Virus record (IMG/VR): IMGVR_UViG_3300032212_000079
Span: 1-36,938 of that record
DNA from: a virus
Taxonomy: Duplodnaviria > Caudoviricetes
DNA length: 36,938 nt
Strand: one strand, 5' to 3'
Shown here one piece after another: positions 1-7,770 of the stretch (its first letter is position 1; every line of letters starts with the position of its first letter). Below the pieces are notes generated by a model, which saw nothing but the letters and a program-made list of their open reading frames with translations, was not told where the DNA came from and searched no databases. The position numbers and the translations under genes were made by a program.

Positions 1-126
1 GAGTATGACGTTAAATATGATGCCGATAAACATAGTTTTGTCGGTGCAACCATCTATGAGGATGGTGTAAAAATATGCGCCACTGCTGACAACGGTAGCG
101 GAAAACTATATTGGGTTAACACCTAA
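1..126 (+). CDS. 3' end of a hypothetical protein, truncated by the window edge
   Basis: Frame 1 is open from base 1 (EYDVKYDADKHSFVGATIYEDGVKICATADNGSGKLYWVNT) to TAA at 124-126. Confidence 0.6.
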   Translation, partial: EYDVKYDADKHSFVGATIYEDGVKICATADNGSGKLYWVNT

Positions 127-283
127 CATTGATTAGACGACACACTGTCCAGATAAGGGGATAAAAATGCGTGAAATACGACATAACAAAGGTGATTGTT
201 TAAACAGAAACTCTTTGAGGCTGCGTAACTATATAAAAACACAGTGTTTTTAAAAGCAGTGTAAAAATAAACAGTAACACCGC

Positions 284-312
284 TTGACAACCGTCAAGGA
301 TTCACCTAGATT
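284..312 (+). promoter_or_regulatory. Sigma70-type late promoter
   Basis: TTGACA (284-289), 17-bp spacer, TAGATT (307-312); lies upstream of the whole late gene block. Confidence 0.75.
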
Positions 313-325
313 TTACCAAGCTCAT

Positions 326-359
326 AAAAGCCCCTGAAGAAATTCACGGGGCTTTTTTT
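326..359 (+). terminator. Intrinsic terminator 1
   Basis: AAAAGCCCC-TGAA-GAAA-TTCA-C-GGGGC followed by T7. Confidence 0.85.
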
Positions 360-380
360 GTGGGCAAAATTCTTTAAATG

Positions 381-414
381 ACCTGCACCAGTTTTACTGG
401 GGGCGGGTTTTTTT
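381..414 (+). terminator. Intrinsic terminator 2
   Basis: ACCTGC-A-CCAG-TTTTA-CTGG-GG-GCGGG followed by T7. Confidence 0.7.
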
Positions 415-459
415 ATGCCCGTAGTAAAGCAGTCACGCGGCAGTGATTGAGGGCAATTT

Positions 460-798
460 ATGTCTGATGAATTTGAGTTGGTTGATGTAGTGCGTGAGGT
501 TTCGTTTGTGCTGCATAAAAAAGATGAGCCGTTGGTGCCGCGATGTTTTTGGACTGTGCATATCGATGGCCCACGAGGGCATGTGAACTCGCTGCACGGC
601 GATGGGTTTCTGAAAAATCCTGATCTGGTCATGGCTGGGGCCAGGAAGTACGGCATTAAAACACTACAGGCTCCGATGATCCCGGCAGTTGCTGAGGCGA
701 TTGTAAGACGATTCCCAGATCGATCAGAGATTACGCATCGTGAGTACACCGATGATGGTGAGCCGAGGGATTATTTGATTTTTAGGTGTGATGAATGA
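460..798 (+). CDS. Hypothetical phage protein
   Basis: 112-aa ORF with a GAGG RBS upstream; its stop overlaps the next start (ATGA). Confidence 0.7.
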   Translation: MSDEFELVDVVREVSFVLHKKDEPLVPRCFWTVHIDGPRGHVNSLHGDGFLKNPDLVMAGARKYGIKTLQAPMIPAVAEAIVRRFPDRSEITHREYTDDGEPRDYLIFRCDE

Positions 799-1001
799 AG
801 AAGTATTTTTGGAACATTCTGATTTCAATTGATCAATTGGCAAACACGGTTGCAGGCGGTGATCCAGACGAGACTATTTCTAGTCGTGTTGGCAAGCGGC
901 GTCATAACTGCCGGTTTTGTTACTGGCTATGCCGGGCGCTGCACTGGATAGATCCGCACCATTGCGACAAGTCAATTGAATTAGACGAGGGGAATAAATA
1001 A
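795..1001 (+). CDS. Conserved small phage protein (DQLANT..GG.PDETISSR type)
   Basis: Motif typical of a widespread small phage protein family; Cys/His-rich C-terminus; translationally coupled. Confidence 0.75.
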   Translation: MKKYFWNILISIDQLANTVAGGDPDETISSRVGKRRHNCRFCYWLCRALHWIDPHHCDKSIELDEGNK

Positions 1002-1448
1002 ATGGCATTCAGAGCAAGCACCACATCACCACAGCAAGCCTATGCAACTTTAAAAGCGGCGGCTGTGCAGCTGAAAATTAACTTGGTGGCGATTGAATCA
1101 CATCTGGCCACGACGTTTGTTAATTACGATTATGTGCGTGATGTCTACAAAACACTGCAACGGGCAAATAATCAAATAGCTAGCTTGGTATCAACCCCTG
1201 GCATTGCTCAATATGCGAAAGACCAAGAGGGCGATCAGGCATATGATGTAGTTTCCGCTGTTGGTGCCGTACAGGCAGTTATTGAAACAGCGCTGCTAGG
1301 CATAGATGCTCAAGCACCCGCTACTGTCAGCCTGATCCCTCCCTCGCAGTGGGGAGACAGCAACACCATGATTGCTGATGTATTAACAGCAGAGCAGACA
1401 ACGGATCTGCGCAACGTTTTAAATCTGGTGATTGCTGAGATAGCGTAA
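1002..1448 (+). CDS. Hypothetical helical phage protein
   Basis: 148-aa ORF, GAGGGG RBS, abuts both neighbours. Confidence 0.75.
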   Translation: MAFRASTTSPQQAYATLKAAAVQLKINLVAIESHLATTFVNYDYVRDVYKTLQRANNQIASLVSTPGIAQYAKDQEGDQAYDVVSAVGAVQAVIETALLGIDAQAPATVSLIPPSQWGDSNTMIADVLTAEQTTDLRNVLNLVIAEIA

Positions 1449-2791
1449 TGGCTGGCGCCTTTATACAAAGCTGGCGGTATCATTTAAACTCTGGCACTCA
1501 GACAGGTGCTACTTGTGTAGTGAGCGGCGCAACTGCTAATAACTTATTAATTGGAGTTGCGACACTACGTTTAAGCAGCTCTTCACCAGCCGCGCCTACT
1601 GGCTGGACTAAGCTAGGTGACGCAGGTGGAGGTAATCATGTAACAGCATACTATCGGATTGCCTCGGGTGATAGTAACGATAATTTGCCTCTTACATGGG
1701 GTGGCAAAGGCGAGCCAAAATTAATAGTTGCTGAATATTCAGGGTTGGATTCTGTATCGCCACTAGATAGCACTGTGGTATCTGCTAGCGGGTCTGGTGT
1801 AACGTCTATCCAAGCAGGGGCAACTACTCCAAGCTCACAACCAGGGTCATTTATATCAGTTCTTGGGGCCACTAATGCTAATAGCTGGGGTGGCACAAGT
1901 ATAGATGTAGGAACCAAAGATGTTGATGATAGAGCGCCTTATGGGTATGACCCAGCGACATTTATAGGAAAGCTTAATTATACATCTACAGCTGCAATAA
2001 ACCCTACATGGTCAACAGCCGGGTCTGGAGGTAATGCGGGTGTTATCCAGATGTGTTTCAAAGAGCCAGGGGGTGGAGCCACCAACCTAACTCCAACAAG
2101 CATTGCCAGCCTAGAGGCGTTCGGTAGTCATACTATCAGCCCTGGCGCGGTTACGTTGTCGCCATCAAGTATTTCAAGCGCTGAAGCGTTTGGTACTGCC
2201 AGTCTAGCGGCTGGCATCAGCTTAAGCCCGTCTGCTATAGATAGTGCAGAGGCATTCGGTTCAGTAAGTCTTACGGCAGGCGCTGTCGGTTTAACCCCGG
2301 CAGGTATTGCAAGCCTGGAGGCGTTCGGTTCTGCAAGTATTACAACGGGCGTGGTCTATATCACGCCAGCAGGGATATCGAGCGCTGAAGCATTTGGTAG
2401 CCACGCATTAACATCGGGCGCGTCTGGCATATCGCCTACTGGCATTGCTAGTGCTGAAGCATTCGGCTCAGTACAAATCATTGTTGGCTCGATCACTATT
2501 GCCCCTGTAGGTATTGCCTCTGACGAGGCATTTGGTCTGCCTGCGATAGCGGCAGTGATAACACTATTGCCGTCTGGCATTGAGAGCCTAGAGTCGTTTG
2601 GCAATGGGGTTCTATCCATTGGCGCAGTTGAGATTATCCCGGCCAGCATTGAATCATTAGAGGCATTTGGTATTCCCGGTGTCGATGATGGTGTTGCAAC
2701 AACACGGCCACGCTGGTTTCTTCGCCAGCGCGGCAAAATCATTGGCACTCTAACGCCAACAAGCACAAACCTGACACACAGGAATCATTAA
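1448..2791 (+). CDS. Putative virion surface/fibre protein with nine tandem PxxIxSxEAFG repeats
   Basis: Ser/Gly/Thr/Ala-rich beta-type N-terminal domain followed by nine 22-23-aa repeats. Confidence 0.7.
   Translation: MAGAFIQSWRYHLNSGTQTGATCVVSGATANNLLIGVATLRLSSSSPAAPTGWTKLGDAGGGNHVTAYYRIASGDSNDNLPLTWGGKGEPKLIVAEYSGLDSVSPLDSTVVSASGSGVTSIQAGATTPSSQPGSFISVLGATNANSWGGTSIDVGTKDVDDRAPYGYDPATFIGKLNYTSTAAINPTWSTAGSGGNAGVIQMCFKEPGGGATNLTPTSIASLEAFGSHTISPGAVTLSPSSISSAEAFGTASLAAGISLSPSAIDSAEAFGSVSLTAGAVGLTPAGIASLEAFGSASITTGVVYITPAGISSAEAFGSHALTSGASGISPTGIASAEAFGSVQIIVGSITIAPVGIASDEAFGLPAIAAVITLLPSGIESLESFGNGVLSIGAVEIIPASIESLEAFGIPGVDDGVATTRPRWFLRQRGKIIGTLTPTSTNLTHRNH
2087..2680 (+). repeat. Nine coding tandem repeats of 22-23 aa ([LI]xPxxIxSxE[AS]FG…)
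   Basis: Visible in the translation: LTPTSIASLEAFG, LSPSSISSAEAFG, LSPSAIDSAEAFG, LTPAGIASLEAFG, ITPAGISSAEAFG, ISPTGIASAEAFG, IAPVGIASDEAFG, LLPSGIESLESFG, IIPASIESLEAFG. Confidence 0.95.
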
Positions 2792-2793
2792 TC

Positions 2794-3201
2794 ATGGCAA
2801 ATCAATTATATGGTTTGGGACGCGAAGGCTTCCTGAACGGCTCTATATCGTGGGGATCTGACACTATCAAGACTGATCTGGTCGATAGTGCTGACTACAT
2901 TCTGGCGATTGATACTGATCAGTATTACAGCTCGGTGACTGCGGCAGGGCGTGTTGCCTCATCTGGCGCGATGACAACCAAGACGGTCACGCTGGGTGTT
3001 GCTGATGCGGCTGATATTACCTTTAGCGCTGTGACAGGCGATATCTCGGAGTATCTGATTGGCTGGAAAGACACAACGGTTGAAGCAACATCGCCATTGA
3101 TCTACTGCATTGATACCGCTACCGGCCTGCCTGTCACTCCTAACGGCGGCGACATAACGGTAACGTGGGACGCAGGCGCTAACAAGATTTTCAAACTATG
3201 A
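2794..3201 (+). CDS. Putative small virion structural protein
   Basis: 135-aa beta-rich protein ending GLPVTPNGGDITVTWD..KIFKL, a type commonly seen next to phage fibre genes. Confidence 0.7.
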   Translation: MANQLYGLGREGFLNGSISWGSDTIKTDLVDSADYILAIDTDQYYSSVTAAGRVASSGAMTTKTVTLGVADAADITFSAVTGDISEYLIGWKDTTVEATSPLIYCIDTATGLPVTPNGGDITVTWDAGANKIFKL

Positions 3202-3530
3202 GTGGCGCAAGAGTTCGACAAGACGGCGAGAAAGTTCAATTGTTCATCGGCGGCAAGCTCCACGAACTACCTTGGGAGGCAGCGCTTGAGCTGTCTGCGG
3301 CATTGCGTTCCGTTGGCAAGCTTGCTGAGGCTGAGGCGAAGCACGAGGGCATTATTCTCGATACTGCAATCCTGCATCGTGCCGGGGTGCCTATGGGGTT
3401 TTCGGATGATCCGCGTGTAAAAGCTGAAGCGAAAAAAGAGGCTCAGTGGGGCAAGTTGCGCAAGTACATGCCGATGCCGTCAATTCCATCAAGAGAAGTG
3501 TTTGGTACACCGACACTGAAACAAGGGTAA
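3198..3530 (+). CDS. Hypothetical phage protein
   Basis: 110-aa ORF with an ATGA overlap to the upstream gene. Confidence 0.7.
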   Translation: MSGARVRQDGEKVQLFIGGKLHELPWEAALELSAALRSVGKLAEAEAKHEGIILDTAILHRAGVPMGFSDDPRVKAEAKKEAQWGKLRKYMPMPSIPSREVFGTPTLKQG

Positions 3531-3534
3531 GCAC

Positions 3535-3738
3535 ATGTTCAGAATGATTAGTTTTTTATGGGCCCAGTCAAAGATTGAGCGAATGGAGCGCAAGTGCATC
3601 AAGATTGGCAAGAAGCGTGAAGATTTGCGGAACAAGCAAGCAAAGTTGGTAGCTAAGACTGAAGCGGCCAAGGATCGAATCAAGGCCCGTACTGATTTAA
3701 TGGTTCGGCCTGAAGGTGTGAAAAAATGCCAGCAGTAG
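3535..3738 (+). CDS. Small basic hypothetical protein
   Basis: 67-aa Lys/Arg-rich ORF that fills the gap in the operon; AAGGG upstream. Confidence 0.55.
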   Translation: MFRMISFLWAQSKIERMERKCIKIGKKREDLRNKQAKLVAKTEAAKDRIKARTDLMVRPEGVKKCQQ

Positions 3739-4100
3739 CAGCGTTTGTTACTGATGTTAACTCGCCGGTAAAGACTAAGAGCGGGCGTGCCAATGGCCCT
3801 AATGCGTTTGCATTGCCTGCGAAGTCGTTTACAGACTGGGAAGTTGTAAGCACAACTGATGTTACGCATGCCGTTCCAGCTAACGCAACTACCGTATTGT
3901 TTAGTGCAACGGATGATTTTGCAGTTAATTATGATGTTGCTGCTGAGTTTCCAAGTGGCGCTGTTTCAGATGGGTCAGGCAGTGATTTAAACCCTGTTGT
4001 GGTTGATATACAGGGAGTGACAAACATTCATTTGATTGCGTTATCTGCAGGTGTCCGTGTGCAGATGAAGTTTTATTATCACGTTCCAGACCATCCATAA
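3726..4100 (+). CDS. Hypothetical beta-rich phage protein
   Basis: 124-aa ORF with an AAGGTG RBS. Confidence 0.7.
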   Translation: MPAVAAFVTDVNSPVKTKSGRANGPNAFALPAKSFTDWEVVSTTDVTHAVPANATTVLFSATDDFAVNYDVAAEFPSGAVSDGSGSDLNPVVVDIQGVTNIHLIALSAGVRVQMKFYYHVPDHP

Positions 4101-4115
4101 TTTAGGGCATTTTTT

Positions 4116-4436
4116 ATGGCGAATGAAAACATAGAAGCCGCTAAAAATGCAGGTGATGTGCTTGCCGGTACGCTGTCAATAGGTGTTGTTTTGGGCTGGG
4201 TTCATTTGGCCGTAGGTGCGGTTACGCTTTTTTACACGACTGCAAGATTTTATGACTGGTGGGAAAAGCGAAAGATCAGGGTTAAAGCGCAAGAGGATGA
4301 GCTGCGTGAGCGTTTGTATTATTTGAATGCTCTGACGGAGCATTACCAGCAACCGTGTGAAAATTTTGACTTTTTCCCGACAGATGAACTGCGAACTCAA
4401 TATGCTGAAATTAGGCCTGGGAGTTTTTCACAATGA
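4116..4436 (+). CDS. Putative holin/antiholin-like membrane protein
   Basis: Hydrophobic N-terminal stretch (VLAGTLSIGVVLGWVHLAVGAVTLFY) then a basic segment; directly upstream of the endolysin. Confidence 0.6.
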   Translation: MANENIEAAKNAGDVLAGTLSIGVVLGWVHLAVGAVTLFYTTARFYDWWEKRKIRVKAQEDELRERLYYLNALTEHYQQPCENFDFFPTDELRTQYAEIRPGSFSQ

Positions 4437-4900
4437 TTAATCATAAACACTTGCGCAACCTAATTATTCGGCCAACGCTTGAGCACTTGGGTATGTGGTC
4501 AGAGGCGGCAGAGAACCTAGTGCTTGGAACTGCTGCGCATGAATCGCTGTTGTATCACTTGAAACAGCAGGGTGGACCAGCGCTCGGTTTGTACCAGATT
4601 GAACCAGCTACACATAAGGATGTTTGGGATAATTTTTTAATCTACAAAGAAGACCTGACTAGCAAGGTTCGTGGTTTTGCTGCACAACATCCTTTTACGA
4701 ATGATTTGGATGTAGAGCTAATTGGCAATCTTTATTACGCAACAGCTATTTGCCGCCTAGTCTATTATCGTAGACCTGAGCCGCTTCCAGGCGCTGATGA
4801 TGTGGTTGGTTTGGCTCAATACTGGAAAGACCACTACAACACACACCTTGGCAAAGGACGTATTGAAGACTGGATAGATCATTATTCTGAGGTGGCGTGA
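4433..4900 (+). CDS. Putative endolysin (lysozyme/transglycosylase-like fold)
   Basis: GTAAHES (candidate catalytic Glu) and GPALGLYQIEPAT motifs, plus C-terminal YWKDHYNT; lies between two membrane proteins. Confidence 0.75.
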   Translation: MINHKHLRNLIIRPTLEHLGMWSEAAENLVLGTAAHESLLYHLKQQGGPALGLYQIEPATHKDVWDNFLIYKEDLTSKVRGFAAQHPFTNDLDVELIGNLYYATAICRLVYYRRPEPLPGADDVVGLAQYWKDHYNTHLGKGRIEDWIDHYSEVA

Positions 4901-5526
4901 TGAGTTTTAGTGATGGCCTGAAAAAACTAGCCGGTATTGTCGGTAAAGCCGCGCCATTGCTTGGCACTGTGTTGGGCGGGCCTGCTGCTGTGGCCATGCC
5001 AGTGGTGAGTATGATTGCCTCTGCGTTTGGTGTTGAAACAACTGAACCTGATGAGCTGGCCGGGATTATTTCGGCTGATCCTGCCGCTGCTGCCCGGTTG
5101 AAAGAGGTTCAAAGTAATAATGAAGTGAAGCTTCAGCAAATTGCGGCTGATATTGCAATCACTGAGATGCAGGAACAGACAAAGCAAATCCAGGCAGTCA
5201 ACACAACAATGCAGTCGGAGAGCAAATCTGAACATTGGATGCAGTGGTCATGGCGGCCATTTAATGGTTTTATGTTCGGCATCACTCTGTTTATGAATTA
5301 TGGTTTTCCAATGATCGTGAATATGTTCATCCGTGCCTTTGGTGAGATCGGTTCGGATGGCACCTACAGCCTGTTAACACCGGGAGCAATCCCTGAGTGG
5401 GTCTTTGTGGCGTGGGGTAGCGTACTTGGCGTCACGTCCTGGCACCGAGGTAAACAGAAACGCATTGCTGCTGGTGAGGATAAGGCGCCTAGTTTGCTGC
5501 AAAAGATTGCGTCACTGAAAAACTAA
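4897..5526 (+). CDS. Holin-like protein (GTA 3TM holin type)
   Basis: APLLGTVLGGPA N-terminus, WRPFNGF motif and two further hydrophobic segments. Confidence 0.7.
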   Translation: MMSFSDGLKKLAGIVGKAAPLLGTVLGGPAAVAMPVVSMIASAFGVETTEPDELAGIISADPAAAARLKEVQSNNEVKLQQIAADIAITEMQEQTKQIQAVNTTMQSESKSEHWMQWSWRPFNGFMFGITLFMNYGFPMIVNMFIRAFGEIGSDGTYSLLTPGAIPEWVFVAWGSVLGVTSWHRGKQKRIAAGEDKAPSLLQKIASLKN

Positions 5527-5601
5527 CCAGTAACTGTAGATATAACCCCAACCGTTCTGATTGCGGTTCTGAAGGATAGGGCGCTGTGAGGCCCCCAAAT
5601 C

Positions 5602-6276
5602 ATGACTAAATTAAAAAAACTTACTGGCCGTAAAGGCCTGTTTGCTGCTGAGTATCGTCGTAATGGTGGTGATGAAATAGCGGCAGCACGTTTTTGCGGT
5701 TATGCAGAGAAAAACGTACCCAAAAAAGCAAAAGAGTTATTGAAAGACCCTGATGTTATTGCTCACTTACAGGCTGGTAGGGATAGTTTTTGCCCTGGCA
5801 TTTATAGCAAAGAGCTGGCCGATAAATTGTGCATGCGTCTTATGATGGGGGAGTCATTGAATGCGATTTGTAGAGATGACGATATGCCCTCAAAGGAAAC
5901 GGTTTGCCGATGGCTGAACAATGCAATTGGCGCCGATCCATCGGAGTCTATGAAAGACTTCTATGACCAGTACGCGCAGGCGAAGCAGGTCCAGGCCGAG
6001 ATGATGTCGGACGATGCGCTGGACATTATTGATAATCAGGCTGATGACGTGGTGATGATGGATGGCGTGCCGGTCATGGTTGATGAAAAGTTGGTTACGA
6101 CTATGACCAGTGCCAGTGTGAATCATGCCAAGGCAAGGGTTGATACGCGGCTGAAGCTGATGGAAAAGCTGTGGCCTAAACGGTTTGGGCCGGCGACGCT
6201 GCTTAAGCATGGCGATGCTGAGGGTAAGAGCATGCCTACCATGGTGATGAACTTTGGTGGCAAGCCTACTGAATGA
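5602..6276 (+). CDS. terS: Terminase small subunit
   Basis: YSKELADKLCMRLMMGESLNAICRDDDMPSKETVCRWL (Sf6-type HTH) and C-terminal KLWPKRFG; directly upstream of TerL. Confidence 0.85.
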   Translation: MTKLKKLTGRKGLFAAEYRRNGGDEIAAARFCGYAEKNVPKKAKELLKDPDVIAHLQAGRDSFCPGIYSKELADKLCMRLMMGESLNAICRDDDMPSKETVCRWLNNAIGADPSESMKDFYDQYAQAKQVQAEMMSDDALDIIDNQADDVVMMDGVPVMVDEKLVTTMTSASVNHAKARVDTRLKLMEKLWPKRFGPATLLKHGDAEGKSMPTMVMNFGGKPTE

Positions 6277-7769
6277 GCCTGATTACATATAACGCCTCGC
6301 CGACCATTGCTAAGTTTCATGCGTCAGAGGCGTTTATCCGCGGTGTTGGCGGGCCTATTGGGTCTGGTAAGTCTGTTGGGATGTGTATGGAAGCCGTTCG
6401 GCTGGCATTTTTGCAAGAGCCTGGGCCGGATGGGGTAAGGCGTACCCGTGGTGCGATTATTCGTAATACCTACCCGGAACTGAAATCAACAACAATTAAA
6501 ACTTGGACTGACTGGTTTAAGCCTGAATGGTTTGGGCCAGTTGTTTATGACGCGCCGATCTACCAACGTTTGAAACTGGCAGATGATGTTGAATTGGAGG
6601 TGTTGTTTCTGGCGCTGGATAGGCCTGACGACATTAAGAAGCTGTTGTCGCTTGAGGTTAGTTGGGTATGGATGAACGAGGCCAGGGAGTTAAGCAAAGA
6701 AACGCTTGATGGTGCCAGTGGCCGTGTTGGGCGTTATCCAGCCAAGAAAGATGTTGAGTGCACTAATCCGTGCGTGTTCATGGACACCAATATGCCGGAT
6801 GACGACCACTGGTGGTACAACTTGGCTGAAGGGTCTGATGATCCTGAGACTGCCAGGCAACAAGAGGAAGAGCTGCAGCGGCTACAGCAAGAGTTGCTTG
6901 AAATAGGTGCAATTAAGCCTGGCCAGCCGTTGATGGAGTTCTTTAGGCAGCCTTCTGGTCGATCACCTGACGCTGAGAACCTTGAAAACCTTCGCCCTGG
7001 TTATTACCAGTTCTCACAGATTGGTAAAGACGAGAACTGGATTAAGGTTTATATCGATGCGGAGTACGGAACAATTATGGATGGTAAGCCTGTTTATCCT
7101 CAGTTCAAAGATTCTCTGCATGTTGCCAAGAATGAGCTGTGGCCCATTACCAAACTGCCTGTTGTGCTTTCGTTTGATTTTGGGCGAACGCCAGCGGCAG
7201 TGTTTTTACAGCAAACCTCACTTGGTCAGGTGCGGCAGTTGGAAGAATTCACGACCGAAGACATGGATATCACTGAGTTGGCAGAGAGCATGGTGTTGCC
7301 AACATTGAATACGAAGTACGCAAATTGCCCGGTCTATATCACTGGTGACCCTGCAGGTGAAAGCAAAAACGACACTGACAGCACAGCAGCATTCGACATT
7401 CTGCATGAGGTGTTTGAGTCGGTTGAAAACGTGGTTGAAATAGCGGCCTGCGAAACAAACGTTCCAACGAAACGCCAAGCTGCAGTTAAGAAGCACCTGA
7501 AGCGGTTGGTGGGGCGTGGTGAGCCTGGGTTTTTGTTGTCACCGACATGCAAGGTTTCACGTAAGGGCTTCAACGGTGGGTACCGGTTCAAGCGTGTGCT
7601 GGTGTCTGGAGAGGCCAAATACAAGGAAGAACCAGACAAGAACAAGCACTCTCATCCACATGATGCAATTCAATATGGCGCTCTGCGTATTGAGCAAGGC
7701 CTTAATGTTACGCAATCACGATCTGTTGTAACAAAGACAGGTCCAGCTGACTCACGAACAGGATACTGA
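6273..7769 (+). CDS. terL: Terminase large subunit
   Basis: Walker A GPIGSGKS, Walker B-like WMNEARE, coupling motif DTN, nuclease motifs FDFGRTPA and SHPHDAIQY. Confidence 0.95.
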   Translation: MSLITYNASPTIAKFHASEAFIRGVGGPIGSGKSVGMCMEAVRLAFLQEPGPDGVRRTRGAIIRNTYPELKSTTIKTWTDWFKPEWFGPVVYDAPIYQRLKLADDVELEVLFLALDRPDDIKKLLSLEVSWVWMNEARELSKETLDGASGRVGRYPAKKDVECTNPCVFMDTNMPDDDHWWYNLAEGSDDPETARQQEEELQRLQQELLEIGAIKPGQPLMEFFRQPSGRSPDAENLENLRPGYYQFSQIGKDENWIKVYIDAEYGTIMDGKPVYPQFKDSLHVAKNELWPITKLPVVLSFDFGRTPAAVFLQQTSLGQVRQLEEFTTEDMDITELAESMVLPTLNTKYANCPVYITGDPAGESKNDTDSTAAFDILHEVFESVENVVEIAACETNVPTKRQAAVKKHLKRLVGRGEPGFLLSPTCKVSRKGFNGGYRFKRVLVSGEAKYKEEPDKNKHSHPHDAIQYGALRIEQGLNVTQSRSVVTKTGPADSRTGY

Positions 7770-7770
7770 T

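Noticed and set aside
229-244. LexA-box-like CTAT-ATAAAAAC-ACAG upstream of the late promoter
   Set aside because: The essential CTG half-site is broken (CTA); the overlapping perfect palindrome explains the sequence better.
306-749. 147-aa minus-strand ORF, and the many other antisense or alternate-frame ORFs inside structural genes
   Set aside because: They overlap well-supported genes or terminators, lack RBSs and show no recognisable motifs, so they are treated as shadow ORFs.
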